Positions 45,072 to 55,377 of a DNA stretch of 64,000 bases are shown here, one piece after another; position 1 is the stretch's first letter; each line of letters begins with the position of its first letter. A program made the position numbers and the translations under genes. The notes beneath the pieces are model-generated. The model did no database searches. It saw only the letters and a program-made list of their open reading frames with translations, and was not told where the DNA came from. The stretch is taken from the IMG/VR virus record IMGVR_UViG_3300028608_000006, positions 124,001 to 188,000 of that record, one strand, 5' to 3'.

Positions 45072-46357
45072 AGAGGATCACCTAATTTGCGGCTGACCTC
45101 CAACAAGAGCATCAGGATCGCACCGTGGTAAAGTTGTTTGTTCTTGTCGAGGTCGAAGTAACCCTCGCAATAAGCAAGCAGCTTCTTCTTGTCCACGACT
45201 TTATCCCGAAGGATGGTGAGTACCAGTTGTTCAAACGTATCTTCCGGAGTGCCCTCAAAGAACAGTTCGGAGAACACGTAATTCGAGAAGTTCTTTTCAG
45301 TCGACGGCAACAGGATAGGGAACCCGTCCATGTTGAAGTAGGCTTTGTACTCCTTGTAGTCCTCTGGGTTGGTGCAGATGAACCACATGAACTTGCTGGA
45401 ACGCAGGTTACCGTAGAGCCGGGTATTCGCCAGACGCGTGGTCTGGATCATGGCAGCCTTATCGGAACAGATCCGCAGCAGGTTGAAATCACCCCGCAGC
45501 AAGACTTCCCAGATGTTGATGGTGCCGTGATAACCCTTGTCCAAGCCGCCGTACTGTACGGAGAACTCGTTGATGAACGGGTACGTGGTTTGCAGCTCAG
45601 GAGGCAACACCGACCGGATAAAGCTAACCAGGTACTGGTCGTACACCTTCTCCCCGTTGGACGCATCGTAAGCAATGGTCTTCTCGGGGTTCCAGTAGAA
45701 CTCACGCATCACGTAGTTAGCGATGGTGGCTTTCCAGTGTGACAGCTTTTGACCGATGTCGTAGGCTTCTGGACTGATAACGTCAGCACCACTGTGCAGT
45801 GCTGCGTCACGGTCGTAAACCTGTTCATCCACCACACGGCCGTTCAGGATGTCGTACCATTCCTTGGTCAGAATCCCGAGGAACTGAAAGGTCAGGTAAA
45901 ACATCTTGTTTGCGGTGACGTTACGAGGCTCAGGCTGTTCGGTTACCGTGAACAGGCCCGCGTTGCCATCGCCGATGTCCATGATCATCACGTCATAGCG
46001 CACAGGTGCCAGCTTGCTGATCGACCAACCATTGAACGTTTCGGTGCTTTCGCCGTTCTCCGGGTTGAAGTTAAACGCCCCGTCACCTTCCTGCTTGATG
46101 ATGGTTCGCTTGATTCGGGTGTAGCTTTGATACGTCCCGGTGTTCCCTGGAGAAAACGGGGTGGGTTCTTCATCAGCACCCAAGAAGCAACGGTAGTACT
46201 CGCACAGACGCGGAGCGCCATCCACCATACTCAGCAGACTGGTTTCAGGCTGATAAGAAGAGTCCACGATGGAGTGTTTGAAACTGTCACTGTAAATCTT
46301 GGGGACATCCGGCGTAGGCGGAGTCTCTTTCCCCAGCGGAGTAATCGCAAAGGACAT
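45068..46357 (-). CDS. Virion structural protein (neck/head-tail junction candidate)
   Basis: 429 aa with coupled overlaps; assignment from synteny only. Confidence 0.55.
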   Translation of the reverse strand: MSFAITPLGKETPPTPDVPKIYSDSFKHSIVDSSYQPETSLLSMVDGAPRLCEYYRCFLGADEEPTPFSPGNTGTYQSYTRIKRTIIKQEGDGAFNFNPENGESTETFNGWSISKLAPVRYDVMIMDIGDGNAGLFTVTEQPEPRNVTANKMFYLTFQFLGILTKEWYDILNGRVVDEQVYDRDAALHSGADVISPEAYDIGQKLSHWKATIANYVMREFYWNPEKTIAYDASNGEKVYDQYLVSFIRSVLPPELQTTYPFINEFSVQYGGLDKGYHGTINIWEVLLRGDFNLLRICSDKAAMIQTTRLANTRLYGNLRSSKFMWFICTNPEDYKEYKAYFNMDGFPILLPSTEKNFSNYVFSELFFEGTPEDTFEQLVLTILRDKVVDKKKLLAYCEGYFDLDKNKQLYHGAILMLLLEVSRKLGDPL

Positions 46358-47880
46358 TATCTTCTCTCCTGGATGATGTTCCAGGCAATCAGCCCGGCAT
46401 TCGAGGTGTAGGTGTTAATTGGACGCGTCGGGAACTTACCCCAGCCTTTAGCGATGTCTTGACGGACTTCGAACAGGTGGTTGATCCAGTGACTGTCAAA
46501 CTGGTTCCAGTCGTATTCGTTCCAGAACGACTCAATGATCAAACGATCATCAGGATGATTGCGCATATCATCCCAGAAGGCGTCTGTGTAGTCGCGTATG
46601 GCCCAATCGATGCAAATGACGACCCGATATGTGTTACGCATCTCAGGCAGCCCAGAGAGCCAGATAGTACCCGTCTCGTCCAACGACATCCGAGGAATGT
46701 GTACGCGCTGGTCATTACTGAACACTTGAATGGTGAAACAGCTCTCGTTATCACGGAAAGCAAACTCACGACGACGCAGGATGTAGTTCTTAACCCGTTC
46801 GTTCCATTCGTAGCCCGGGATCTCGAAGATGTTACCCAGCGCTTGGTTCTCGACATTCTGAACAGAACAGCGAACCTGGATAACCGGTTGCATCCACGCA
46901 CGGAACTTCCAACGCCATGGATCGTGCAACGGTAGGCGGAGGTAGTACGGTGCTTGAATGTGACGGTCAGGGAAACCTAGGTCACGAGCAAACGCCACTT
47001 CAGGAGCCACACGCTTGTTGAACTGTTCTACGTGTTTTTCCTGAGGAGCCGGAATAAAGGCTTCAGGGATTTGGCTTTGGTAAACCATCAGCGGGTACTG
47101 CAACTCCCAACCAATGAACTCTTGGAAGAAGAAGTTGTAGTTCATCGTGACTTCGTACTTACCAAAGGTTTCTGCTTTACGAGCCAGAGCGGTTTGCGGT
47201 TCGTCGAAGTAGATGCCGATGTTGTCCAGCTTCAGTGGGGCTACCATGCGCTTGAGGTTGCCCGCCACGTTACTGATCGTGGTGACCGGGGACTTGCAGC
47301 CAGCATCGAACCAATCCGGCAGCTCAGGAGTCGTAGGTTCGTTCGCCACTAGCAAACCGTGGATCGCTTTCATGAACTCGATAATCTGTGGGTTGATCAC
47401 CAAGTGAATGTTGGCACTGAAGTTAAAGGCGGCGATCTGGTTGGCTTGCAAACGGTTGATGCGGTTAACAAAGGTCTTGGCAGAAGTCCGGCTATTAAAG
47501 TAAGCCGTGACCGCTACCTTGATGCGACGCCCTTCAAAGCTAGGCGTAAGAATCAGCGGCAACGCACCCCCGTCGGACCAAACCGGTAGTTCAGTCTCCA
47601 TGCGGCGGGAGTTGCTGAAACCAGAGTTGAACTCATGCTGTTCAACTTCGGTAGCGATGAAAATCTTGTTACGGAATACACCGTCGGTATAACGGACAGA
47701 GCGGTCGTCGTCAGTGGCGTTGTTGCCAACTAACTTAGCGATCTCGTTCTCACCGTTGAAGTAAATCTGGTTACCACTGTCCAGTCCGTAGAACTTGAGT
47801 ACTTGACGGATGGAATCCATAATAGCTGGTCTGAAGAAAGCATTGTAGTCTTCCTCCGACTCAATAAAGGTGTTGAACAT
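46357..47880 (-). CDS. Virion structural protein (neck/tail-terminator candidate)
   Basis: 507 aa in the same operon; assignment from synteny only. Confidence 0.55.
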   Translation of the reverse strand: MFNTFIESEEDYNAFFRPAIMDSIRQVLKFYGLDSGNQIYFNGENEIAKLVGNNATDDDRSVRYTDGVFRNKIFIATEVEQHEFNSGFSNSRRMETELPVWSDGGALPLILTPSFEGRRIKVAVTAYFNSRTSAKTFVNRINRLQANQIAAFNFSANIHLVINPQIIEFMKAIHGLLVANEPTTPELPDWFDAGCKSPVTTISNVAGNLKRMVAPLKLDNIGIYFDEPQTALARKAETFGKYEVTMNYNFFFQEFIGWELQYPLMVYQSQIPEAFIPAPQEKHVEQFNKRVAPEVAFARDLGFPDRHIQAPYYLRLPLHDPWRWKFRAWMQPVIQVRCSVQNVENQALGNIFEIPGYEWNERVKNYILRRREFAFRDNESCFTIQVFSNDQRVHIPRMSLDETGTIWLSGLPEMRNTYRVVICIDWAIRDYTDAFWDDMRNHPDDRLIIESFWNEYDWNQFDSHWINHLFEVRQDIAKGWGKFPTRPINTYTSNAGLIAWNIIQERR

Positions 47881-47910
47881 GTCGAATACTCGTTGTACGA
47901 ATGAACAAAT

Positions 47911-47953
47911 CCGGTATGGAAGGGGCCACCCTCCATACCGGCATTATGCCTGC
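47911..47953. terminator. Hairpin with a TTATGCCTGC tail on the + (antisense) side
   Basis: Arms ccggtatgga (47911-47920) and tccataccgg (47932-47941); TTATGCCTGC at 47944-47953. Confidence 0.6.
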
Positions 47954-48682
47954 TTAACCGGCTTTGTCTTTATCACTGGCATCGAGAAGGCGATAGCGTA
48001 CGAACCACAGACGATCATCGGGAGTCCTGAAGACAGCGAGATCGGAAACCCCGTCGTTCATCAGGTCAACCACTTCGGCTTCCAGCATGTCCGCCACCGA
48101 AGGAGCGCACTCGATCGTGTGGTGAATCAGCTCAGCGGCCAAAGATTGAACGAAGCCCTTTCCCAGACCACCACCGCCAACCACGATCACGTCGTAAGCC
48201 GGGAAGACCTTGCTGACCAAAGCCAGTTGAGCCTTCTGTTCACCCAACGAGCAGCACACGGCGATCTTCGGACGATCGAACTTGGCCTTGTCCTTCACGG
48301 TGATGGCGAGAGAGCCTTTAACGTGGATGGACGTCTCGAGGATGTAAACCCCGGAAGAGAGTGTCCCCTCAACACCGAACCGCACAGTACCCTCATCGGC
48401 CTCGTAATCAACGCCAGGGGTCAGATACAAACGGTACTTAGCGGAAACAGCCGCCATCACGTCTTCCCAGCTGTCGCCTTCGCTTGCCATGACTTCAGCA
48501 CGCTGACCAGACAGGTAACGAGTGACGTCAACCTTTGGCATGGTAACCCGTTTGGTTTCCTCACCGATCTGGACAACGAAGACTGCCTTCTCTGGAGACT
48601 CAGCAGCGCCGGACTGAATGACCGCGCCAACCGGCAAACTTGCAAGCACAAGTTCCAGCACGCGAGGATTAACGTTACTCAT
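47954..48682 (-). CDS. Putative virion protein
   Basis: 242 aa; central motif SAKYRLYLTPGVDY...SIHVKGSLAITV. Confidence 0.6.
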   Translation of the reverse strand: MSNVNPRVLELVLASLPVGAVIQSGAAESPEKAVFVVQIGEETKRVTMPKVDVTRYLSGQRAEVMASEGDSWEDVMAAVSAKYRLYLTPGVDYEADEGTVRFGVEGTLSSGVYILETSIHVKGSLAITVKDKAKFDRPKIAVCCSLGEQKAQLALVSKVFPAYDVIVVGGGGLGKGFVQSLAAELIHHTIECAPSVADMLEAEVVDLMNDGVSDLAVFRTPDDRLWFVRYRLLDASDKDKAG

Positions 48683-50084
48683 CCTTCTTCCCCTTCTTAT
48701 CGGTATCAGCGATGAAGATCTTTGGACTGATACCGGAGATAGCCTTTTGGATACCGGCCATCAGTTTGGTGTGAGCAGCCAGTTCGAACTTAACGTCCTT
48801 CAGCTTCTCTTTACCGGTTTTGACCTTGTCTTGGACTTTGGCCTTTTTAGCCTTCGCCACGTCCTTGTTGCTTTCGTCACCGGTGGTATCGCTGGACGCG
48901 GTCTTGATCTCAGCCACAGCCTTTTGAGCGTCGGTGATCTCAGCGTTCAGTTTACCGCCAGACGTAGCCTCTTTGGACATGAACCCCATCAGGGCGTCGA
49001 TGACCTTAGGGGCGTCGCTTGGGGTACGCAGCTGACTGACCAACCCTTTCAGCTTACCCGAAGGATCAACTTCAGCCATCAGGTTGGTAATACCTTCCCG
49101 GGCTTTGTCGTTGATCACCGCGGCCGTGTCCTTCATCGACTGCAAGGCCTTCTTGTTGTTATCAGCCATCAACTCAGCCGACTTAACCTTTTCTTCAGGC
49201 TTGCTGGTGGTGAAGAGGTCTTTGATAGCACCCAAGGATGCTGTCAGTGCGCTCCAAGCTTTCTCGCCCATGTCTTTGATCGCGTCAAAGATAGGACCTT
49301 CCTGACCGGCATAACCTTCCAGACGAATGTTGTTAGCATTCGCCACGCCAATGAAGTATTCCTTAGCAGGACTCTCGGTCCCGTTCAGGAAGTGCTCCAT
49401 CCCCTCGATAATCATGAGGGGGTGTTCCAGCGCGCAGCCGCACAGACAGTCGGTGTCTTTACGACATTCCAACCCGTCCACATCGAAGTCAGGATCAGGG
49501 ATCTCTTCCAGATCATCGGGGTCAACCTCTGGGTACTCTGGCAACCCAGCCTCGGCGCCGATCCGGCAGGCCACGAAGCAATCCGTCAATTCAAAGACCT
49601 TTTGAATGTACTCGAGTTGGCGGACATAACCACGCAGGATGGCAACCGGGAACTCTTCCTCCCCGGCATTAAGCTGTGCCAGTTTACCCAGATTGAAACG
49701 CACGTCATCCATGAAGAGTGCGAGCGAACTGGTCTGGTCCATGGGACCGCCTTTGTTCCCCATTCCACTGATGGTCATCGCCAATGTCGTTGGGCGTTCG
49801 TAGTAAGCGTTATGCATGTCATTAAAGACATCTAAGAGGTAAAGGTTCAGCGCACTGTTAACCTTCATCTCCGCCGCATCGTAATACGAGAAGTTCTTCT
49901 CGATACAAGCCAGAACATTGTTGAGAAGCGAGCGAACCTTCTTCTCATCCATAGGCTCGTCACCACTGTAACTACCCAGAGACTCGATGATCCGTTTCAG
50001 GATCGGGTGATCGTCCTTGGAGAACTCGAACATCTTGGTGATCAACATCATCCCCAAGAGAGACAACTGGAGGTAAAGACTCAT
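48675..50084 (-). CDS. Internal head (ejection/inner-body) protein, paralogue family
   Basis: Acidic propeptide with several G-x-E sites, then AGQE|GPIFDAIKDMGEKAW amphipathic helix and a Lys-rich tail. Confidence 0.7.
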   Translation of the reverse strand: MSLYLQLSLLGMMLITKMFEFSKDDHPILKRIIESLGSYSGDEPMDEKKVRSLLNNVLACIEKNFSYYDAAEMKVNSALNLYLLDVFNDMHNAYYERPTTLAMTISGMGNKGGPMDQTSSLALFMDDVRFNLGKLAQLNAGEEEFPVAILRGYVRQLEYIQKVFELTDCFVACRIGAEAGLPEYPEVDPDDLEEIPDPDFDVDGLECRKDTDCLCGCALEHPLMIIEGMEHFLNGTESPAKEYFIGVANANNIRLEGYAGQEGPIFDAIKDMGEKAWSALTASLGAIKDLFTTSKPEEKVKSAELMADNNKKALQSMKDTAAVINDKAREGITNLMAEVDPSGKLKGLVSQLRTPSDAPKVIDALMGFMSKEATSGGKLNAEITDAQKAVAEIKTASSDTTGDESNKDVAKAKKAKVQDKVKTGKEKLKDVKFELAAHTKLMAGIQKAISGISPKIFIADTDKKGKKDE

Positions 50085-50095
50085 GCCGAGGCTCC

Positions 50096-50584
50096 CTATT
50101 TGATTTTGACTTGAACTGTGCCTTTAAAGAGCACAGCGTTGCGAGCGTCGATGGTCATGTAGTCCTCAAACGAGCTGAGATCCACTTCGCTGAGCGACAG
50201 GCCGTTCAGACCTACCACGCGCTTCCACTGCGAGAACAACAGCCCCAGCGAGTCCCCAGGGCTCAGCTGGTCGGCCTCCTGAGCGATAACCGGATACTCT
50301 TGGGTCAGCAGGTCGATGCTCAGTTTTTCATTCAAAGCGTCAGGAGTGGTGAGTGAGTCCTTGAACTCAAAGCCGGTAATGTCCTGAGGGATGGTTGCGA
50401 ACAACTCGCCCAAGTCCACACGCTCAACCAACACAGCGTTCAGAGCATCGCCGCTCACAGCGTACTTGAACGACTTATCGTTGATCGGGTGAACCGTGCC
50501 GAAGCGAGGGTTCAGGTTAGTCAAGCCAGCCTGATGAACGGCCGACGAAACAATGACCGTTTGGTTAAACAGATTAAGCCGCAT
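50096..50584 (-). CDS. Putative virion protein
   Basis: 162 aa; C-terminal motif VGLNGLSLSEVD...NAVLFKGTVQVKI. Confidence 0.6.
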   Translation of the reverse strand: MRLNLFNQTVIVSSAVHQAGLTNLNPRFGTVHPINDKSFKYAVSGDALNAVLVERVDLGELFATIPQDITGFEFKDSLTTPDALNEKLSIDLLTQEYPVIAQEADQLSPGDSLGLLFSQWKRVVGLNGLSLSEVDLSSFEDYMTIDARNAVLFKGTVQVKIK

Positions 50585-51632
50585 GAGACTTACCCTTGTT
50601 GACAGTGGCGTTCAGGATGGACAACGAAGCGAAAAGACCTTTGAAGATGGTCAGCTCCAGCAACTTAATGTTGGCCATGCCGTTACGCATGATGGTTTGA
50701 AGGTCACTGATCGTGCTAACGTAGTGAGAGTTCTTGTCGGAGTCAGCCTTCTTGGTCTTCTCCAGCTCTTTGTTCAGAGCCTTAATGAAATCCTTTTCCA
50801 GCTTGACGGTGAACTCCATCAGGTCATCAGCGTTGTTCATCAACGCCTTGTGTTCCTTGAACAACCGCAAGACTTCCGTTTGGTTGGTACGGAAGGTTGG
50901 GTTTTTAGACTGGTTAGGTGGGGACGGTACTTCGTGCAACTTACCGTTCTGATCCATCTTGAAGTCGTGGGAAGCAAAGAACGGAGTGGAGACGTTGAAC
51001 CCTTTAATGCTCAGAGTCCCCATCCCCAAAGAGACAATCTTGTTGATCGTTTCTTTGAGTTGTGCAGGACCGTTGTTGGTAGGGGCGGTCATGTCGGTCA
51101 GAGACTTACACGCACCCTGAAGGATACCGACGTACAGAGCCACGCGCTTCATGGCTTCACCGCAATCGTGGAACGCCGAGGACATCCAAGACAGACTAGC
51201 TTCCGGTTTGGTCAGCTTATCGTAGATGTCCATGTAGTCGAGGGGATAATGGATCTCCCCGGTGTTGATGCCGTTCTTCTCGATGTCGAGTTCCAGGGAC
51301 TTGGTCTTGCGGCTGACCGCTTCTTTCTTACCGGTAAAGAAAGAGAACAGCCACTTGAAGAAATCTTTGACGGCCTGGATAACAACCTCAACGCCCTTCT
51401 TAACTTTGTCGAGGAAACCCTCGTTGCCCGATACAACAGAAACTTCTGGCAGGGAGACGTGAGAGAAGATCGCTTGATAGAACTCTTCGTTACCACTTAC
51501 GCGGTCGTACTCTTTGGAGAGTTCAAACTTGGTGTCTTCGTCGATCACATCGCTGTAACCTTTTTGGTCCGCGTTGTATTCTTCCAACAACGTCGGGGTG
51601 TTGATAAAACGTGGACTATCAGTAATGGACAT
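50574..51632 (-). CDS. Internal head protein, paralogue family
   Basis: SGNE|EFY and SGNE|GFLDKVKKGVEVVIQAVKDFFKWLFSFF. Confidence 0.75.
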   Translation of the reverse strand: MSITDSPRFINTPTLLEEYNADQKGYSDVIDEDTKFELSKEYDRVSGNEEFYQAIFSHVSLPEVSVVSGNEGFLDKVKKGVEVVIQAVKDFFKWLFSFFTGKKEAVSRKTKSLELDIEKNGINTGEIHYPLDYMDIYDKLTKPEASLSWMSSAFHDCGEAMKRVALYVGILQGACKSLTDMTAPTNNGPAQLKETINKIVSLGMGTLSIKGFNVSTPFFASHDFKMDQNGKLHEVPSPPNQSKNPTFRTNQTEVLRLFKEHKALMNNADDLMEFTVKLEKDFIKALNKELEKTKKADSDKNSHYVSTISDLQTIMRNGMANIKLLELTIFKGLFASLSILNATVNKGKSHAA

Positions 51633-51693
51633 AAGGAAGCCCCTTGTCAGTGGTTAATAGAACGTGCCTATAGCATCCCCTAAATATCAAAAT

Positions 51694-51735
51694 GCAGACA
51701 TAAGGCTATCGCCCGGGATTGCCCCGGGCGATAGC
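51694..51735 (-). terminator. Hairpin plus TTATGTCTGC tail
   Basis: 13-bp arms gctatcgcccggg and cccgggcgatagc; + strand GCAGACATAA at 51694-51703. Confidence 0.8.
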
Positions 51736-51766
51736 ACTCATTTACGTCGTGCGCTAACCGCGAGGG

Positions 51767-53014
51767 TTAGACGTGAGCTGCAACGGCGTCCAGGGTCCAG
51801 CCGGCGCTACGGATCACTTGCTTGTTGACGGCCTGAGCGATCGACGACGAAGTCGCGAACACGGAACGTACAACCTGGATCTGAGCGTTGACTTCTTCAG
51901 CCTTTTCCTTGTCGTCCGCTTTCAGGACGTTCAGGGAGCCGATGACCTGGTCACGCTGCGACTTCGAGAAGGCAGCTGCGACTTTGTCGTTGCGGATGGC
52001 GGTAACGGTTGCTTTGACTTTGCCCAGGGCAGCAGTCAGAGCGCCTTTGTCAGCCTTGGCAGCAACTTCGCCGCTGGTCAGCTTGGAGGTGTCGCCGGTG
52101 CCGAAGAAGATCTTGATCGAGCGAGCCATTTCAGCTGCTTCTTTCAGATCTTTCGCCAGGCCGTCTTTCATCTCGGCGTGAACGCGAACGCCAGCCGACA
52201 TGCCGATCAGGGTCTTCTTGTCGCCTTCGCTCTTCTCGCCGGCGTTCACGTCGGACTTGGCGTCCTTCTTGAGTGCGGCCAGCAGGGAAGCGTAAGCGCT
52301 GTTGAAGGACGACAGATCGACCTTGGCAGCCGACTTGGCGATACCAGCGAAAGTAGCCAGGGCGCCTTTGGTGGCAGTCCAGCCTTCAGGGTCTTTGTTC
52401 AGACCGCCTTTCTCGTAGTCGAACAGGACGTTCCAGCCGCCCAGCTTGATCTTTTCCTTGACCTTCTCGGCCGCGGTGACGCGAGTGACCAGTTGGTCAT
52501 GGCGACGGCTCAGCTTTTCAGCGGCGTTGAACAGGCCGACGAAGAAGTTGATCACGGTGTTGAAGATGTGCTTGATGACTTCGATGGCTTTCTTGGCGTA
52601 ACCTTTCACGGTTTCCATGAAGCCTTCCATGCCGCTGCGAGCCATGATCTGAGCGGTGGCCGCATCGGACATGGATTCAACGCCGCAACGCTCGATGGAA
52701 GCGCCGCCCAGCTTGGTGTTCAGCTTGGCCGCACGGTTGTACATGCTGGCGAAAGCGGTGGAGTTGAACTGGCCGGAGCTGATCAGGCATTCGAGGCCTT
52801 CAACCACTTCCTGGATTTCTTCGACGGCTTCGTCCTGCTGCTTGACTTCTTCACGCAGCTCTTCGATTTCCTGGCCTTGTTGCTCCAGGACTACCTGAAC
52901 TTCGGCGACTTCAGCGCGAACCGAATCTTCAGCACCGGCTTCGATAACTACGTTGTCGGCAGCGCCGCCCATTTCCAGTTCTTCGAAACCCTTGTAGCGA
53001 TCAAGAATGTTCAT
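51767..53014 (-). CDS. Abundant internal head protein (phiKZ gp93-97 family-like)
   Basis: Glu-rich coiled-coil propeptide, sites EGLE, CGVE and SGME|GFMETVKGYAKKAIEVIKHIFN; strong codon bias and its own terminator. Confidence 0.8.
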   Translation of the reverse strand: MNILDRYKGFEELEMGGAADNVVIEAGAEDSVRAEVAEVQVVLEQQGQEIEELREEVKQQDEAVEEIQEVVEGLECLISSGQFNSTAFASMYNRAAKLNTKLGGASIERCGVESMSDAATAQIMARSGMEGFMETVKGYAKKAIEVIKHIFNTVINFFVGLFNAAEKLSRRHDQLVTRVTAAEKVKEKIKLGGWNVLFDYEKGGLNKDPEGWTATKGALATFAGIAKSAAKVDLSSFNSAYASLLAALKKDAKSDVNAGEKSEGDKKTLIGMSAGVRVHAEMKDGLAKDLKEAAEMARSIKIFFGTGDTSKLTSGEVAAKADKGALTAALGKVKATVTAIRNDKVAAAFSKSQRDQVIGSLNVLKADDKEKAEEVNAQIQVVRSVFATSSSIAQAVNKQVIRSAGWTLDAVAAHV

Positions 53015-53061
53015 GCGGTATATCCTTCGTTAACGAATTGAGTTTGGTTGTTTATAAACAG

Positions 53062-54045
53062 TTAAGCGAAAACACCCAGTACACCATGAATGTACCGGTC
53101 GGTGTATCCGACCACACGCGGAGTGAATCCACTATAAAATGCAAGCGCTCCACTGTTCCCTTCCAGAAGCTTCTCAGCTTCTTTCAACGCAGACTTGCTG
53201 ACTCGGTATTCCAGCTTGGTCAAGTTCTCGTCAACACCCTTGACCATTTCGGACCAAGACTTGATGAATGCGAGGTAGCCATCGTAGGCCGCCTTGACGC
53301 GCTGGTGCAGGTTGTTCACCTTGTCCAACTTGTTCAGCAGTTCGCTGACGTTGGATTTGGAGAATGAAACATTTCCACCTTCGCCAGCAGGAGTATCCCC
53401 CGACATAGAATATTTCGGAGCATTTCCGTCTGCATTGTTGAACTCCCATTCCTTACCGCCTGGGAGAACACCCGATGCTTCGAACGCAGGGTACTTCAAC
53501 TTCTCGCACGCATCGATAACCTTAAAGACGTCATCCGTGTGTTTGGCGTCTTTCAGTTTCCGCACGGCAATCAGCTGGGCGTCGAGGTGATCCAGGACGG
53601 CCTTGCTGTGTTTGTCCAGAAGCTCTAGGTGAGCGATGAGAGTGTCCATGTCGTGAGAGATGGTACTCGGGTCGCCCTTGGAGGTGATCATCGCTACCTG
53701 AGTCGCTGTGAGCTTCAGGTTGTGCTCGTCTTCTTTCGCCGTCGCCGCCAGCAAGCGCTTGATGTAAGACTTGTTGTCGTCGAAAGCTTTAGACAGCTGG
53801 TTACCCGCAGCGCTAATGCCAGCAGTAAAGGCACTCAGTGCTTTACCACCGACCCACATCGTGACGCTCAACAACCCTGTTCCGAGTTGCTGCATGCTGT
53901 CACCGAAGGCTTCGTTCCCCGCTACAGAATAGGGATCGGTTGCCATCAGCTGACCCAGCAGGTTCAGATCGTGGTTCGCTTGCATCAGCTTGATGTGCTG
54001 TTCCAGACCCGATGTGAGGTCCTGTTGAAGCTGTGACATATCCAC
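53062..54045 (-). CDS. Internal head protein, paralogue family
   Basis: SGLE and AGNE|AFGD sites followed by an amphipathic helix. Confidence 0.7.
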   Translation of the reverse strand: MDMSQLQQDLTSGLEQHIKLMQANHDLNLLGQLMATDPYSVAGNEAFGDSMQQLGTGLLSVTMWVGGKALSAFTAGISAAGNQLSKAFDDNKSYIKRLLAATAKEDEHNLKLTATQVAMITSKGDPSTISHDMDTLIAHLELLDKHSKAVLDHLDAQLIAVRKLKDAKHTDDVFKVIDACEKLKYPAFEASGVLPGGKEWEFNNADGNAPKYSMSGDTPAGEGGNVSFSKSNVSELLNKLDKVNNLHQRVKAAYDGYLAFIKSWSEMVKGVDENLTKLEYRVSKSALKEAEKLLEGNSGALAFYSGFTPRVVGYTDRYIHGVLGVFA

Positions 54046-54057
54046 CTCGTCCTTGGT

Positions 54058-55377
54058 TTAAGGCGTGTTAACCTTGATGGAAGTATGGCAGAGTTCGATC
54101 AGGCCAGCGATGATCAGAACCAGATAGCTGTTCACCGCAACGCGGATGTCCAGCAGCTCCATTTGGTTCTTCCGCACGATGGCAGAGAAAGTAACCAGGA
54201 GTTTGTGTTTCAGTTCTTCGCTGATGTCCGACTCGAAGAAGCCTTTGGTGATGTCGTCGCAATCGGCACCGGACAGCTTGAATTTCTCGCCGCCCTCGAA
54301 AACCTTGTTCCATTCCTTCAACACATCGCGCAGGTTTTTGACGACTGCTTTGATCTGTTGCGAAGACAGGGACATGATCTCCAGATCCAACTTCGAGTAC
54401 ATCAGCGGGGCCGTGTTGTCGAAGAAGGTTGTGTCGATGTCGATATAACGCTGAACGAAGTCTTCAGCCGCACCCAGGGACTTGTTGTTCCGGCCGTTGT
54501 CGTTCTGGCGAACGTCTACGAAGTAGGCACCACCCATCAGTTCAACGGATTGCTTGGCAGTGATGCCACCGGTCGAATGCTGAGGGCACGGGTAGGTGCA
54601 TTCCTTGAAGCGTTCCGAAGGAATGGAGATCGGCAACAGCGCAAAACGCTCTTCAGCTTGGGCTTGGCTCAGACCAGAGAAACCGCCGAAGAAGGCCAGC
54701 GTCGAGTTGAGGCTGTTGCGGTTGTTGAGGTAGTAGTTCTGGCTCAAGCCGGACAGGGAGCGGCTCAGCTTGGTCAGATCTTCAGACCAGTTCTCGCTGA
54801 CCTTGCCATTCACCTTGAACAGGTTGAACAGACGGTTGCCCAGGAGAATCTTTTCACGGTCCTTTTCGAACGGTGGGGAAGAGTTGATCGAGTTTTCCAG
54901 CAAGTCCACCGAACCAGCCAGAGAGTCCTGACTTTGGGTGAACAGGATGTAAGCCTCTTTAAAGCTAATCCCCATCTGCGAAACGATCGAACGGGACTTC
55001 TTGAAGAAATCCTCCATGAAGCTCTCACAGCCTACCAGGCGCGTGAAAAGGTAATCTTTGGGCATCAGGGTAAACCCCAGTGCTTCAGAGCCTTCTACGG
55101 CGCTCATACCGTCTGCTGGAGGGATGTCCACTTCGGAACGCGCCAGCTGGGCATCCATGACTTGTGCCAGGGTGGGAGACACTTCGTGGGCCTTGAGGGC
55201 TTGCAGGGTATCTTTCACGGACTGAACACGATCACGCGAGTTGTCCAGTTCGTTCTGGTAACGGCTGAGGTCACCCGTTTCCGTGGCGCTGGCTACGAGT
55301 TCCGCAGACGTCACCACGTTAATGGCGGCCATCTCAGCCGCCAGCTTTTCGTTTGCAAGTACCTCAGGACTAGCCAT
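54058..55377 (-). CDS. Internal head protein, paralogue family
   Basis: EGSE|AL and VGCE|SFMEDFFKK sites. Confidence 0.7.
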   Translation of the reverse strand: MASPEVLANEKLAAEMAAINVVTSAELVASATETGDLSRYQNELDNSRDRVQSVKDTLQALKAHEVSPTLAQVMDAQLARSEVDIPPADGMSAVEGSEALGFTLMPKDYLFTRLVGCESFMEDFFKKSRSIVSQMGISFKEAYILFTQSQDSLAGSVDLLENSINSSPPFEKDREKILLGNRLFNLFKVNGKVSENWSEDLTKLSRSLSGLSQNYYLNNRNSLNSTLAFFGGFSGLSQAQAEERFALLPISIPSERFKECTYPCPQHSTGGITAKQSVELMGGAYFVDVRQNDNGRNNKSLGAAEDFVQRYIDIDTTFFDNTAPLMYSKLDLEIMSLSSQQIKAVVKNLRDVLKEWNKVFEGGEKFKLSGADCDDITKGFFESDISEELKHKLLVTFSAIVRKNQMELLDIRVAVNSYLVLIIAGLIELCHTSIKVNTP

